Shown: in pieces, positions 30,295 through 41,455 of the stretch
Position numbering within the stretch: the first letter of the stretch is position 1
Layout: each line of letters opens with the position of its first letter
Assembly (NCBI GenBank): GCA_965212055.1
Contig: OZ243041.1
Span: forward strand, 1-64,000
Reading direction: 5' to 3'
From: Fidelibacterota bacterium
GTDB taxonomy: Bacteria > Fidelibacterota > Marinisomatia > Marinisomatales > Marinisomataceae
DNA: 64,000 nt
The notes under the pieces: model-generated
Told to the model about the DNA's origin: nothing
What the model saw: the letters and a program-made list of their open reading frames with translations, nothing else
The model's database searches: none
Made by a program: the position numbers and the translations under genes

Positions 30295-32233
30295 AAAAAA
30301 TAATTATAGCGCAGAAAAAATTACAGTTTTAAAAGGATTAGAAGCTGTAAGAAAAAGACCCGCAATGTATATTGGGGATGTAGGAAAAAGAGGTTTTCAT
30401 CATTTAGTTAATGAAGTAATTGATAATAGTATTGATGAAGCTCTTGCCGGTTTTTGTACAAAAATCATTGTTACTATTGAGAAAGATGGTTCTATCTCTA
30501 TAGAAGATGATGGAAGAGGTATTCCAGTAGAAATTCATAAAGAAGAAGGAATTCCTGCTCTTGAAGTTGTTATGACAGTTTTACATGCCGGTGGAAAATT
30601 TGATAAAAATACATATAAGGTTTCTGGAGGTCTTCATGGAGTTGGAGTTTCTGTTGTAAATGCTTTATCTGAAAATTTAACAGCAGAAATTCACCGTGAT
30701 GGAGGAGTCTATGAACAAAAATATCAACTTGGAAAAGCAGTAAGTCCTGTAAAAAAAATTGGAAAAAGCGATAAAACTGGAACAATTATTAATTTTACTC
30801 CAGATTCAAATATTTTTAAGCACGAAGGTTTCGAGGAAGAAATAATAAAAGTAAGGCTTAAAGAATTAGCATATTTAAATAAAAATTTAATTATTATTTT
30901 AAAAAATGATATAACAGAAGAAGATGAAACGAAATTTCACTTTTCTGGAGGTCTTTCTGATTTTGTAAAATATTTAGATGGAGATGAAGATCTTATTCAT
31001 AATGAAATAATCACTGTTTCTAAAGAGGGGGGAGAAGTTCCAGTAGATCTTGCTCTAAGATATAGCACAAGCTACAATAACAATATTTTTTCTTTTGTTA
31101 ATAATATTAATACAATAGAAGGAGGAACACACCTTTCTGGTTTTAGGTCTGCACTAACAAGAGCTCTTAATAATTATTCAAATAAAAATGATTTAATTAA
31201 AACAAAGAAAAACGAAAAATTTTCTTTATCAGGAGATGACTTTAGAGAAGGGTTAACAGCAGTTTTGTCCATTAAAGTTCAAGAACCTCAATTTGAAGGG
31301 CAAACAAAAACAAAACTTGGAAATGGAGAAGTTAAAGGTCTTGTAGATGGAATAATCTATGATGGAATTCAAGCTTTTTTAGAACAAAACCCACAAGTTG
31401 GAAAAAGAATAATTGAAAAAGCAGCGGAAGCAGCAAGAGCAAGAATTGCTGCAAAAAAAGCCAGAGAACTTGTTAGAAAAAAATCTTCACTTGGGTCAAC
31501 TCTTCCAGGAAAATTAGCAGATTGTTCAAACAAAGACCCTTTGCAATGTGAAATCTTTTTAGTTGAAGGAGATTCTGCGGGAGGAACAGCAAAACAAGGA
31601 AGAGATAGAAGAACTCAAGCAATTTTACCCCTTAGAGGAAAGGTAATTAATTCTGAAAAAGCTAGAGAAGACAAATTAATATCTAACAATGAAATACAAT
31701 CTATTATTACAGCTCTTGGAGCGGGTTTTGGAGAAAATGAATCAGATCCAAGCAGCTTTAATTTAGAAAAACTTCGATATCACAAAGTAGTGATTATGAC
31801 TGATGCAGATGTAGATGGTAGTCATATCAGAACCCTTTTGTTAACCTTCTTTTGGAGAAAAATGAAAAGATTGGTACAAGCAGGACATGTCTATATGGCA
31901 ATGCCTCCTTTATATAAACTAAAACAAGGAAAAAAAGAAAGATATGCATATACAGACGAAGAAAGAGATCTTGCAATACAGCGACTAGAGTCTGAAAACT
32001 CTAAAACAAAAATTGATGTTCAAAGATATAAAGGTCTTGGAGAAATGAATGCCGAACAACTTTGGGACACAACAATGAATGCCGAGACTCGAACCCTAAT
32101 ACAGGTTAATGTTGATCATGTTATGGAAGAAGAAACAAATGTTCGCTTCAGAGAGTTAATGGGAAGCGAAGTAGAACACAGAAGAGAATTTATTACAAAG
32201 AGAGCAAAATTTGCAACAAACATTGATATATAA
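30287..32233 (+). CDS. gyrB: DNA gyrase subunit B
   Basis: [41 protein letters not shown] and QRYKGLGEM motifs. Confidence 0.97.
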   Translation: MSKKNNYSAEKITVLKGLEAVRKRPAMYIGDVGKRGFHHLVNEVIDNSIDEALAGFCTKIIVTIEKDGSISIEDDGRGIPVEIHKEEGIPALEVVMTVLHAGGKFDKNTYKVSGGLHGVGVSVVNALSENLTAEIHRDGGVYEQKYQLGKAVSPVKKIGKSDKTGTIINFTPDSNIFKHEGFEEEIIKVRLKELAYLNKNLIIILKNDITEEDETKFHFSGGLSDFVKYLDGDEDLIHNEIITVSKEGGEVPVDLALRYSTSYNNNIFSFVNNINTIEGGTHLSGFRSALTRALNNYSNKNDLIKTKKNEKFSLSGDDFREGLTAVLSIKVQEPQFEGQTKTKLGNGEVKGLVDGIIYDGIQAFLEQNPQVGKRIIEKAAEAARARIAAKKARELVRKKSSLGSTLPGKLADCSNKDPLQCEIFLVEGDSAGGTAKQGRDRRTQAILPLRGKVINSEKAREDKLISNNEIQSIITALGAGFGENESDPSSFNLEKLRYHKVVIMTDADVDGSHIRTLLLTFFWRKMKRLVQAGHVYMAMPPLYKLKQGKKERYAYTDEERDLAIQRLESENSKTKIDVQRYKGLGEMNAEQLWDTTMNAETRTLIQVNVDHVMEEETNVRFRELMGSEVEHRREFITKRAKFATNIDI

Positions 32234-32235
32234 AG

Positions 32236-34719
32236 ATGGATTTAGACAGAGATAACACAATAGAAAAAGAGCTTTTAAAAGAGCTGGAAGAAAGTTATTT
32301 AAACTATTCTATGTCAGTTATTATGTCGAGAGCTCTTCCCGACGCCAGAGATGGGCTGAAACCTGTCCACAGAAGAATTTTATATGGAATGCATGATCTT
32401 GGATGTTATTGGAACAGGTCTTATAAAAAATCAGCTAGAGTTGTTGGGGACGTTTTAGGAAAATATCACCCACACGGAGACTCCTCAATTTATGATGCTC
32501 TTGTTAGAATGGCTCAGGACTTTTCTATGAGACACGAACTTGTACAAGGTCAAGGAAATTTTGGCTCAGTAGATGGAGATAGGGCAGCTGCGATGAGATA
32601 TACAGAGTCAAGAATGTCAAAAATTGGAGGAGAGCTTTTAAGAGATCTTGAAAAAGAAACAGTTGCCTGGACAAACAATTTTGATGAAACCCTTAAAGAA
32701 CCAGTAGTTCTCCCCGCCGTCTTTCCAAATCTTTTGGTGAACGGATCCGAAGGAATTGCGGTTGGGATGGCCACAAAAATTCCACCCCACAACCTTTCAG
32801 AAACAATAGACGCCCTGGTTGAGCTCATTGATAACCCCGCCGCTGAAGTAGAAGACATAATGAAACACATTAAGGGGCCAGATTTTCCAACAGGCGGAAA
32901 AGTTTTGGGAGCCGAAGGAATAAAAGAAGCATATTCTACCGGAAGAGGAAAGGTAAAAATGCAAGGAAAAGCCTATACTGAAACCCCAGACAAAGGAAGA
33001 AGTAAAATAATTATAACAGAGCTTCCTTATCAGGTAAACAAGGCAAATCTTGTTGAAAAGGTTGCCATTCTCTCAAGAGACAAAAAAGTAGAAGGGGTTG
33101 CAGAAATTCGTGACGAATCAGACAAAGACGGAATGAGAATTGTAATAGAAGTAAAAAAAGATGCCGTCCCCGAGGTTGTTTTAAACCAGCTATATAAACA
33201 AACTCAGTTTGAAGATACTTTTGGAATAATTTTATTAGCGCTTGTTGATGGCACCCCACAGGTGATGTCTATTAAAAAGCTCTTAAACGAATTTTTAATT
33301 TTTAGACAAGACATTGTAATAAAAAGAACACAATTTGATCTTAGAAAAGCCGAAGATAGAGCCCACATTTTAGAGGGCCTAAAAATTGCCCTTAGTGATA
33401 TTGACAAAATTATAGAAACAATTAAAAAAAGCCCGGATCCAGCGTCAGCAAAAGAGCAGCTAATAAAAGGTTTTAAGCTTTCTGAAAAACAATCACAGGC
33501 CATACTTGATATGAGGCTTCAAAAGCTTACAGGTCTTGAAACTGAAAAAATTATTGCTGAACATAAAGAAATAATAAAGCTCATTGCAGGGCTTAAAGGG
33601 ATTTTGGAAAGCGAAGCAAAGCGCATGGATATAATCAAAAAAGAGCTTGTAGAAATAAAAGAAAAATATGGAGAAGAAAGAAGAACAGAGGTTATAGAAA
33701 AGTGGTCTGCCAAAGGAATGGAAGACATGATTGCTGACGAAGAAGTGGTTTTAACGGTTACCCACAACGGCTATATTAAAAGAACAAACATTAACACATA
33801 TAGAAGCCAAAGGCGCGGAGGCCGAGGGGTTCAAGGAGCCGGGAGAAGAGAAGAAGATTTTGTTGAACACCTTTTTACAGCGACAAACCATAGCTATATT
33901 TTGTTTTTTACAGACAGCGGAAAATGCCACTGGGTAAAAGTTTATGACATTCCCGAGGGGGGCCGAGCAGCAAAAGGAAGAGCAATTGTTAACCTTATTG
34001 AGTGTGAACCAAACGAAAAAGTAAACGCCTTTATTGCCGTTAAAGACTTTTCAGAAGACCACTATGTTGTGATGGCAACAGAAAAAGGAATAGTGAAAAA
34101 AACAGTTCTTTCTGCCTACTCTCACCCAAGGAAAAAAGGAATATATGCAGTAGAAATTAGAGAAGGAGACAAGTTGATAGAAGCAAGAGTTTCCACGGGA
34201 GACAACGATATTTTGCTTGGAACAAGAAATGGAAAATCCATTAGATTTTCTGAACAACAAATTAGGCCGAGCGGTAGAAAAACAATGGGGGTTAAGGGAA
34301 TTACTCTTAGTTCAAAAGACGACAAGGTTGTTGGCATGTTGTTGATCAAAAGAGAAGGCACAACGGTTTTGGTTGCCACAGAAAAAGGCTTTGGAAAACG
34401 GACAGAAATTTCTCAATATCGTCCACAAAAAAGAGGCGGAAAAGGCGTTTTAACAATGAGAACAACCGACAAGGTTGGAAAAATGATAACCATTAAAGAG
34501 GCCATAGACTCTGACGACCTAATGATTATTACCACAAGAGGCGTTTTGATTAGACAGCCAGTTTCTAAAATAAGAGCAATTGGAAGGGCCACACAGGGCG
34601 TAAAATTGATAAACCTTGACAAAGGAGCAATGGTTGCGTCCATTACAAGAATTATTTCTGAAGACGAAAAAGAAACAGAATTAGATGAGCCAGATAGCAA
34701 AGAACCTGAGGAAAGTTAA
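32236..34719 (+). CDS. gyrA: DNA gyrase subunit A
   Basis: [22 protein letters not shown], GyrA-box QRRGGRG, acidic tail. Confidence 0.97.
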   Translation: MDLDRDNTIEKELLKELEESYLNYSMSVIMSRALPDARDGLKPVHRRILYGMHDLGCYWNRSYKKSARVVGDVLGKYHPHGDSSIYDALVRMAQDFSMRHELVQGQGNFGSVDGDRAAAMRYTESRMSKIGGELLRDLEKETVAWTNNFDETLKEPVVLPAVFPNLLVNGSEGIAVGMATKIPPHNLSETIDALVELIDNPAAEVEDIMKHIKGPDFPTGGKVLGAEGIKEAYSTGRGKVKMQGKAYTETPDKGRSKIIITELPYQVNKANLVEKVAILSRDKKVEGVAEIRDESDKDGMRIVIEVKKDAVPEVVLNQLYKQTQFEDTFGIILLALVDGTPQVMSIKKLLNEFLIFRQDIVIKRTQFDLRKAEDRAHILEGLKIALSDIDKIIETIKKSPDPASAKEQLIKGFKLSEKQSQAILDMRLQKLTGLETEKIIAEHKEIIKLIAGLKGILESEAKRMDIIKKELVEIKEKYGEERRTEVIEKWSAKGMEDMIADEEVVLTVTHNGYIKRTNINTYRSQRRGGRGVQGAGRREEDFVEHLFTATNHSYILFFTDSGKCHWVKVYDIPEGGRAAKGRAIVNLIECEPNEKVNAFIAVKDFSEDHYVVMATEKGIVKKTVLSAYSHPRKKGIYAVEIREGDKLIEARVSTGDNDILLGTRNGKSIRFSEQQIRPSGRKTMGVKGITLSSKDDKVVGMLLIKREGTTVLVATEKGFGKRTEISQYRPQKRGGKGVLTMRTTDKVGKMITIKEAIDSDDLMIITTRGVLIRQPVSKIRAIGRATQGVKLINLDKGAMVASITRIISEDEKETELDEPDSKEPEES

Positions 34720-35365
34720 CCAGCAGATTTTGAAAAACGTAACAGGCTCCCCACCCGCCCTAATAGCCGTAACAAAAACAAGATCTGTAAAAGAAATCAA
34801 TGAAGCAATTAGCTTGGGAATAAAATCAATTGGAGAAAACAGGGTTCAAGAGGCCGAAGTAAAGTTTCAAAAAATTTCAAAGGACGTAGAAAAAAGACTC
34901 GTAGGAAACCTGCAATCTAATAAAATAAAAAAAGCAGTAGCCCTTTTTGACTCAATAGACTCAGTTGGGTCTTATTCTTTAGCACAAAAAATATCCAAAC
35001 ACTGTCAAAAAACAGGAAAAACCCAAAGAATTTTAATACAAATTAACACTAGCGAAGAAAAAACAAAAAACGGATTTCTTTTAAGCGAAAAAAAAGAGGT
35101 TTTGAAGTGTTTTTCTTTGCCGAACCTTCAGGTTGACGGATTAATGACAATTGGTCCTCTTACCGACAACCAAAATAAACGAAAAAAAGCCTTTCAAAGC
35201 CTCAAAGATTTTTTTAGCATGATAAACGAAACCCTTTCTCCAAAAAAACAGGCAAAAGAACTGTCTATGGGAATGAGCGACGACTTTCTTCTCGCAATAA
35301 AAGAGGGCTCCACCATGATAAGGATTGGGACCAACATTTTTGGTTCCAGAAAAACAAATGCTTGA
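34685..35365 (+). CDS. yggS: Pyridoxal phosphate homeostasis protein YggS
   Basis: [27 protein letters not shown] and GSTMIRIGT motifs. Confidence 0.92.
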   Translation: MSQIAKNLRKVNQQILKNVTGSPPALIAVTKTRSVKEINEAISLGIKSIGENRVQEAEVKFQKISKDVEKRLVGNLQSNKIKKAVALFDSIDSVGSYSLAQKISKHCQKTGKTQRILIQINTSEEKTKNGFLLSEKKEVLKCFSLPNLQVDGLMTIGPLTDNQNKRKKAFQSLKDFFSMINETLSPKKQAKELSMGMSDDFLLAIKEGSTMIRIGTNIFGSRKTNA

Positions 35366-35861
35366 TTTAAAAAAATGGTTTGATTCAAAACACTATATGA
35401 GACTTTGGAATGTGGGTCCCCCCGGCCTTCTTTTTTCTTTGGCCATTATACACGGCCTGCACTACGCAGAACAGGCTTTTCCGCTAAAAACGTTTTCCCT
35501 TTCTTCCGGCTGGCTTTTTGCCCTAATAACCCTTACGGCCCTTGACGCACTTATTCTTTTGTTTTGGGTTTTGTTTAGTCTTCCACCAAAAAACAGAGGA
35601 ATTAAATTATCAAAAAAGGGTGTTTATGGATTTATTCGTCACCCAATATATACTGCCATCGTTTATCACATACCAATTTTGTGCGCTCTTTCCTGGGGTT
35701 CTTATTTAATTCTTTTGTTTCTTCCTGTTCACCACATAATTTGGGGAAAGCTCGTCGAGAGAGAAGAGAAATACCTTGTTGGCATTTTTGGACAAGAATA
35801 TTTAGATTATATGAACGAAGTTCCAAGGTTTATCCCTTGGCCTAAACCGCGAAATTTTTAG
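35358..35861 (+). CDS. Isoprenylcysteine carboxyl methyltransferase (ICMT/PEMT) family membrane protein
   Basis: GVYGFIRHPIY, EEKYL...FGQEYLDY...VPRFIP; likely ATG at 35358. Confidence 0.8.
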   Translation: MLDLKKWFDSKHYMRLWNVGPPGLLFSLAIIHGLHYAEQAFPLKTFSLSSGWLFALITLTALDALILLFWVLFSLPPKNRGIKLSKKGVYGFIRHPIYTAIVYHIPILCALSWGSYLILLFLPVHHIIWGKLVEREEKYLVGIFGQEYLDYMNEVPRFIPWPKPRNF

Positions 35862-35895
35862 AGAACCTGAAAAAAGCAAAAGAAAAGGACAAAAA

Positions 35896-38625
35896 ATGAA
35901 AAATTTTTTTCTAATTTTAATTTTTATACAAGGAACAATAATGACTCAAGAAAAAGCCCCAACACAAGCCCCCTACGGATTTGAACACATTAAAGAGTCT
36001 GGGGGGATACAAGAATATAAAATGACAAACAACGAACTAACAATACTGTTAAAAGAAGACCACAGTGCGCCGGTAGCAACCTTTATGGTAACTTATAACG
36101 TTGGGTCTAGAAACGAAGCAATAGGATATACGGGATCAACCCACCTGCTAGAACACCTAATGTTTAAGGGGTCTAGAAAATTTAACACAGACAAAGGAAA
36201 TTCGGTTTTTCAGCTTTTACAGTCTTTGGGCTCTAGAATGAACGCAACAACGTGGCTAGACAGAACAAACTACTATGAAACCATGCCAAGCGAACATCTT
36301 GAAACAGCAATAGAAATTGAAGCGGACAGAATGAGAAACGCCTTTATTAAAGAAGAAGACAGGCAGGCCGAAATGACAGTTGTTAGAAACGAGTTTGAAA
36401 GAGGACAAAACAACCCTCTCGGGGTTTTGGATGAACACATTTGGGCTACCGCATATTTGGCCCACCCCTACCACCACTCAACGATTGGGTGGAAGGCCGA
36501 CATTGAAAATGTTTCCATAGAAAGGCTTAAGGAGTTTTATGACACCTTTTATTGGCCAAATAACGCAACGGTCACAATCGTTGGAGACTTTGAAACAAGT
36601 GAAGCTCTTGCGCTAGTTAAAAAACACTTTGGCAGAATTCCAAAAAGCAGAAATGAAATTCCAGAAGTTTACACAGAGGAGCCAAAACAAGAAGGACAAA
36701 GAAGGGTTTTACTTAAAAGGGCTGGACAACAAGGGGTTGTTGGAATTGCTCATAAAACACCCTCAGCGACACACGAAGACGCCCCAAGCTTTTTAGTGCT
36801 ATCTTCCATTCTTTCTTCTGGAAAAAACAGCAGGTTTTATAAAAACATTACAGACAAAGGGCTCACCACAGGCGTTTTTATTTGGGACTCTTTGTTTAGA
36901 GACCCGGGACTTTTTGCGGTTTATGCTAGCCTTACCCCAGGAACCGAACACGAAAAAGTAGAAGCCCTTATTATGGCAGAATATGAAAAAATTAAGAAAG
37001 AGGGAGTAACAGACGAAGAGGTTGAAAAAGCAAAAGCACAACTTATAGCCGCCATAAAATTTAGACAAGACGGTTCTTTTGCTGTTGCGGGATCCTTGAA
37101 CGAAGCAATAGCTAGCGGAGACTGGACGCTTTTTACAACCTACGAAGAAAGGCTGGCAGGAGTTACAAAAGAAACCGTTAATGCGGTTGTAGAAAAATAT
37201 TTTCTTGAAGACCTAAGCACCGTTGGACACTTTATTCCAAAGGTCGGAGGAGACCAGAGAGGAAAAAGAGGCCCTTCGGGTGCTACGGAGCTTGCAGAGA
37301 TAAAAAAACAATACTTTTCTAAAGAAGAAAAAGAAGAAGGAGCCCTTGCAAGCCAGGTGAAAAGCTCTGAGCCCGTAGAAGGAATTAAGCTCTTTACCCT
37401 AGAAAGAGGGTCGGGCGTTGTTACTCTTTCTGGAAGTTTTTTGGGTGGGGACATTTATGCTCCAAGCGAAAACAAAAGAATACCAGACGTTGTTGTTTCT
37501 ATGCTTGATCAGGGAACAACGAAAAGCTCAAAGTTTGAAATAAGTGACAAAATTGAAAAAGCTGGAGCAATGCTAAGGTTTTCTAACGGAAAGGCAAGGG
37601 TTGGTTTTAATGGAAAGTTTTTGTCTGAAGATACGGCCCTTATAATAGAGCTTTTGTCAGAACAGCTACAGCTCCCCGCATTTAACGAAGAAGAGCTTGA
37701 AAAGACAAAAAAGAGAATGATTACAGCCTACAAAAAAAGCAAAGAAAGCACGAGAGGAAATGCCATAAACAACATGCTGGAGGGTTTTTATTCTGAAAGC
37801 CACCAAAACGCGCCGAACAATGCTGACGAATCTATTAAAAATATTGAAAAAATCACAACAGACGACCTAAAGGCTTACCACAAGGCCAACTATGGAAGAG
37901 GAAGCATGGTGGTGGTTGCTGTTGGGGACGTAGACCATGCTGAGCTTTCGAACATTATAGCAGAAAACCTCAAAGATTGGCAAGCCTCTCCTCTTGAGGA
38001 AAAAAAGGAAACCGAAAAAGGAACAAAGAACGCAGGAAAAGCATACGTAACAATGCAAGACAAAACGAGCACAGACTTTTTAGTTGGCGTGCCGCTTGGA
38101 ATAAACAGAGACCACCCAGACTACAGGCCTCTTTTTGTGGCAAGCTATATTTTGGGCGGAAACTTTTCGGCAAGACTAATGCAAACAGTTCGAGTAAAAG
38201 AAGGGCTAACATATGGAATTCGCTCTAGCATGTCAGGCTTTGGAAACGACACAGACGGATACTGGTATGTTGGAGGAACTTTTGCTCCAGAGCTTCTTTC
38301 AAAAGGAGAAAATTCCACGCTTAGAGAAATTAAAAAGTGGGCAAAAGACGGAGTTACCAGCGAGGAAGTTGCTGTGGCGAAGTCTACGCTAACAGGGTCC
38401 TATAAGGTTGCCTTTGACTCAACGGGCGGGCTGGCAGGAGGAATTTTGGCTGCCGTTGTTGACTGGGGAGGGCTTTCTCATTTAGACGACTATCCAGAGA
38501 AAATTAATAGCATTACCCCTGAGCAAGTAAACGACGCAATTAAAAAATATATTTCCGTTGAAGACCTGTATGAAGTTGCTGCAGGGTCTATTGACCAAGA
38601 AGGAAACCCTCTCAAAAAAGAGTGA
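35896..38625 (+). CDS. M16 family zinc peptidase (pitrilysin/PqqL-like, two-domain, signal peptide)
   Basis: Inverted zinc motif HLLEH, NATTWLDRTNY, and SARL...VRVKEGLTYG in the C-half. Confidence 0.9.
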   Translation: MKNFFLILIFIQGTIMTQEKAPTQAPYGFEHIKESGGIQEYKMTNNELTILLKEDHSAPVATFMVTYNVGSRNEAIGYTGSTHLLEHLMFKGSRKFNTDKGNSVFQLLQSLGSRMNATTWLDRTNYYETMPSEHLETAIEIEADRMRNAFIKEEDRQAEMTVVRNEFERGQNNPLGVLDEHIWATAYLAHPYHHSTIGWKADIENVSIERLKEFYDTFYWPNNATVTIVGDFETSEALALVKKHFGRIPKSRNEIPEVYTEEPKQEGQRRVLLKRAGQQGVVGIAHKTPSATHEDAPSFLVLSSILSSGKNSRFYKNITDKGLTTGVFIWDSLFRDPGLFAVYASLTPGTEHEKVEALIMAEYEKIKKEGVTDEEVEKAKAQLIAAIKFRQDGSFAVAGSLNEAIASGDWTLFTTYEERLAGVTKETVNAVVEKYFLEDLSTVGHFIPKVGGDQRGKRGPSGATELAEIKKQYFSKEEKEEGALASQVKSSEPVEGIKLFTLERGSGVVTLSGSFLGGDIYAPSENKRIPDVVVSMLDQGTTKSSKFEISDKIEKAGAMLRFSNGKARVGFNGKFLSEDTALIIELLSEQLQLPAFNEEELEKTKKRMITAYKKSKESTRGNAINNMLEGFYSESHQNAPNNADESIKNIEKITTDDLKAYHKANYGRGSMVVVAVGDVDHAELSNIIAENLKDWQASPLEEKKETEKGTKNAGKAYVTMQDKTSTDFLVGVPLGINRDHPDYRPLFVASYILGGNFSARLMQTVRVKEGLTYGIRSSMSGFGNDTDGYWYVGGTFAPELLSKGENSTLREIKKWAKDGVTSEEVAVAKSTLTGSYKVAFDSTGGLAGGILAAVVDWGGLSHLDDYPEKINSITPEQVNDAIKKYISVEDLYEVAAGSIDQEGNPLKKE

Positions 38626-39065
38626 GAGTTATTTTGATAGCGGCCATCACGCTAGATGGCTTTATTGCAAGATCGTCGAAAGATAAGATGGAGTGGTCAC
38701 TAGACCAGGCCCTTTTTAAGAAACAAACAACAAACCACACGGTTTTTATTGGCTCAACAACTGCGAAGATCTTGAGCTCTTCTCTTCCAGACAGAAACCT
38801 TGTTGTCATCAACAGGGACTCAAGCCCCAAAACCCTCCTTTCTTCTGTAAAAGAAGACGTTTGTTTTGTGGCGGGAGGAGCCCGAACCAACCTGCTGTTT
38901 TTTGAAGAGATCACAGACATGTTTTTAACCCCCCACCCCCTTTTTTTTAAAAAAGGACTACCCCTTTTTCATGGGGGCCCAAAAAAAATAGAAACAAAAC
39001 TAAATAAACGATTAGGGGTTGACTCTGTTAAAGATTTGTATCAATATCAATATACTGTCAGATGA
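38622..39065 (+). CDS. Dihydrofolate reductase family protein
   Basis: IAAITLDGFIA, WSLDQALFK, LPDR, AGG and GLPLF motifs. Confidence 0.75.
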   Translation: MRVILIAAITLDGFIARSSKDKMEWSLDQALFKKQTTNHTVFIGSTTAKILSSSLPDRNLVVINRDSSPKTLLSSVKEDVCFVAGGARTNLLFFEEITDMFLTPHPLFFKKGLPLFHGGPKKIETKLNKRLGVDSVKDLYQYQYTVR

Positions 39066-41455
39066 AAAAAACGCTCCAAACACTCACTCTTTTATTATTG
39101 GTTGCCGGAGTTCTTTTTGTAAAAAACTATTTAAAACCCACAGAAGTTCTTTATAGCGGAACAATTGAAACTCCAAACATAACAGCCCCCGTCGAGGTTT
39201 ATTTTGACGGCTATGGGGTTCCGCATATTTTTGCAGAGAACGATGACGACATGTTTTTTGTTGCCGGATACCTCGGGGCAAGAGACAGGCTCTTTCAAAT
39301 GGCCTTTATGAAATACACCTACAAAGGACAGCTTTCAAAGGTTGTAAACGACACGCTTTTTGCTGAGGATGAATTTTTAAGAACCCTGGGGTTTGAATCT
39401 ATTGCAGAAAAAACCCTAGAAAAAATTCCAAAAGACCTTCTGTCGCACCTTCAAAAAACGTGTGATGGAATAAACGCCTATGCCCAGACGCTAAGCCCAA
39501 AAGAATACCCGCTTGAGTTTAGGCTTATTGGAATAGAAGAGCTGCCAACGTTTGAACCCAAAGACATTGCTGGGCTTTCAACCCTGATGGCGTGGGAGCT
39601 TCAAGGGGGTTGGGACTCAGAGCTCTTTTTTGGAGCAATACAAGAACAGTTTGGGCCTGAGCACTTGGCAGACATTCTTCCTGGATATAGACCAAACTAT
39701 GTTACAATAGCGTCTTCAGAGAATGTTCTTTTGTTGGGATACCAAGAGTTTGCCGAGAAAGCAAGCGGGCTGCGCAATGTCCTAAAAACAGAAAGGTCTG
39801 GCTATGGATCAAATGTTTGGGTTGTTTCTGGCGAAAAAACACTAACAAAAAAACCGCTGTTAGCAAATGACCCCCACCTGGCCTTTAATCAGCCACCGTG
39901 GTGGTATGAGATTAGACTAAAAAGCAATAACTACAATTTTGGCGGCTATGGCCTATATGGGTTTCCCCTCCCCGTTCTTGGTCACAACGAGCACATAGCA
40001 TGGGGCTTTACAAACGTAATGGCAGACGACATGGATTTTTATGTTGAAAAACTCAACGAAGACCTAACAGAGTATTATTTAGATGGGGAGTGGTTGCCCT
40101 TAACAATAAAAAAAGAAACAATGAAGCTAAGGTCTGGAGAAGAAAAAGAAATAATAATTAAATCAACCCACCGTGGACCCATTGTTTCTGGAATACATCC
40201 AGACGAAAAAAAGAACAACAGAGCAATCTCGTTTAGGTGGACAGAGTTTGACGCCTTTGACGAAACAACGGCTATGTTTGGAATGGCTAAGGCAAAAAAT
40301 TGGGAAGAATTTTCTGAAGCCAGCAAAACCTTTGGTGCCCCAGGCCAAAACCTTACATACGCCGACACCAAAGGAAACATTGGTTGGCGCCCGGGGGTAA
40401 AAATCCCAATAAGAGAAGGGGCAGAGACTCTCCTTCCTTTTGATGGAACAACAAGCAAGCACGACTGGAAAGGGTATGTTCCTTTTGAAGAAATGCCGTT
40501 TTTGTTTAACCCAGAAAAAGGATACATCTCAAACGGGAACAACAAAACAATAGACAACTCATACCCCCACTACATTTCCAGGTATTGGGCAGACCCAAGC
40601 CGCGCAACCCAAATAGAAAGAAGACTAAAAGGCCTAGAAAAAGTAAACATAAAAGACATGGCAGACATTCAAAACGACATTACATCTCCTTTTGCACAGG
40701 AGTATGTAAAAGTTTTTACAAAAATATATAGAGAAAACTCTTCTGTCGAGGGAGACAAGGTACACGCCCTATTAAAAGATTGGGACGGAAAAGAAACAAC
40801 AGAATCGCAAGCAGCTCTTGCTTTTCACCTTTTATATCTTGCGATAGTAGAAAACCTTTTTGAAGACGAACTAAGGCTTCTTGGAAAAAGCTCAATGAAA
40901 ACCCTTTTAAGTCTAAAGTATATAAAGTCCCTCGCTGTGCGTAAAGCTTTTGAAGAAAAAGGCTCTTCCTGGGTAGACAACGTTGATACCCCAACAAAAG
41001 AAGAAACACTGGAAGACATTATTAATCAGTCTTTTAAGCAAGCCGGCGAAAAGCTGATCACGTTTAAAGAGAAAACCTGGGGCAGCGTGCACACCCTAAC
41101 GGTTGAACACCGGCTCGACAACGACCCCCTTGTAAAAAAATGGATTAATTTTAGTGTTGGCCCTTTCCCTATGGCAGGGTCAGACAAAACCCCAAGGGCG
41201 GCAAGCTATAAAGCAAGAGACCCTTTTGAGGTTGTTGCGGGCGCATCAATGAGAAGAATTATTGATTTATCTAACCTTGACAACGGCTTAAGCGTTCTTC
41301 CAACCGGCCAATCAGGTCTTTTTGGGTCAAAACATTATGACGACCAATCTTCTTTGTATAACAGCGACAACTATAAGCCTTTCCAGTTTCACGAAGAAAC
41401 AATAAAAAACGACCCCAACATGAAAAAACTTGTTTTTTTACCAACTAGTCGTTAA
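39062..41455 (+). CDS. Penicillin acylase / AHL acylase family (S45) Ntn hydrolase
   Basis: GVPHIFA, DRLFQM, GSNVWVVSG (Ser nucleophile), LANDPHL and PTGQSG motifs. Confidence 0.92.
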   Translation: MKKTLQTLTLLLLVAGVLFVKNYLKPTEVLYSGTIETPNITAPVEVYFDGYGVPHIFAENDDDMFFVAGYLGARDRLFQMAFMKYTYKGQLSKVVNDTLFAEDEFLRTLGFESIAEKTLEKIPKDLLSHLQKTCDGINAYAQTLSPKEYPLEFRLIGIEELPTFEPKDIAGLSTLMAWELQGGWDSELFFGAIQEQFGPEHLADILPGYRPNYVTIASSENVLLLGYQEFAEKASGLRNVLKTERSGYGSNVWVVSGEKTLTKKPLLANDPHLAFNQPPWWYEIRLKSNNYNFGGYGLYGFPLPVLGHNEHIAWGFTNVMADDMDFYVEKLNEDLTEYYLDGEWLPLTIKKETMKLRSGEEKEIIIKSTHRGPIVSGIHPDEKKNNRAISFRWTEFDAFDETTAMFGMAKAKNWEEFSEASKTFGAPGQNLTYADTKGNIGWRPGVKIPIREGAETLLPFDGTTSKHDWKGYVPFEEMPFLFNPEKGYISNGNNKTIDNSYPHYISRYWADPSRATQIERRLKGLEKVNIKDMADIQNDITSPFAQEYVKVFTKIYRENSSVEGDKVHALLKDWDGKETTESQAALAFHLLYLAIVENLFEDELRLLGKSSMKTLLSLKYIKSLAVRKAFEEKGSSWVDNVDTPTKEETLEDIINQSFKQAGEKLITFKEKTWGSVHTLTVEHRLDNDPLVKKWINFSVGPFPMAGSDKTPRAASYKARDPFEVVAGASMRRIIDLSNLDNGLSVLPTGQSGLFGSKHYDDQSSLYNSDNYKPFQFHEETIKNDPNMKKLVFLPTSR

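Noticed and set aside
27300..31500. AT-rich block as a horizontally acquired island
   Set aside because: It contains core genes (mnmG, surA, dnaN, gyrB), has gradual boundaries and has no mobility genes.
32460..32500. Quinolone-resistance substitution in GyrA
   Set aside because: [10 protein letters not shown] keeps the wild-type Ser and Asp positions.
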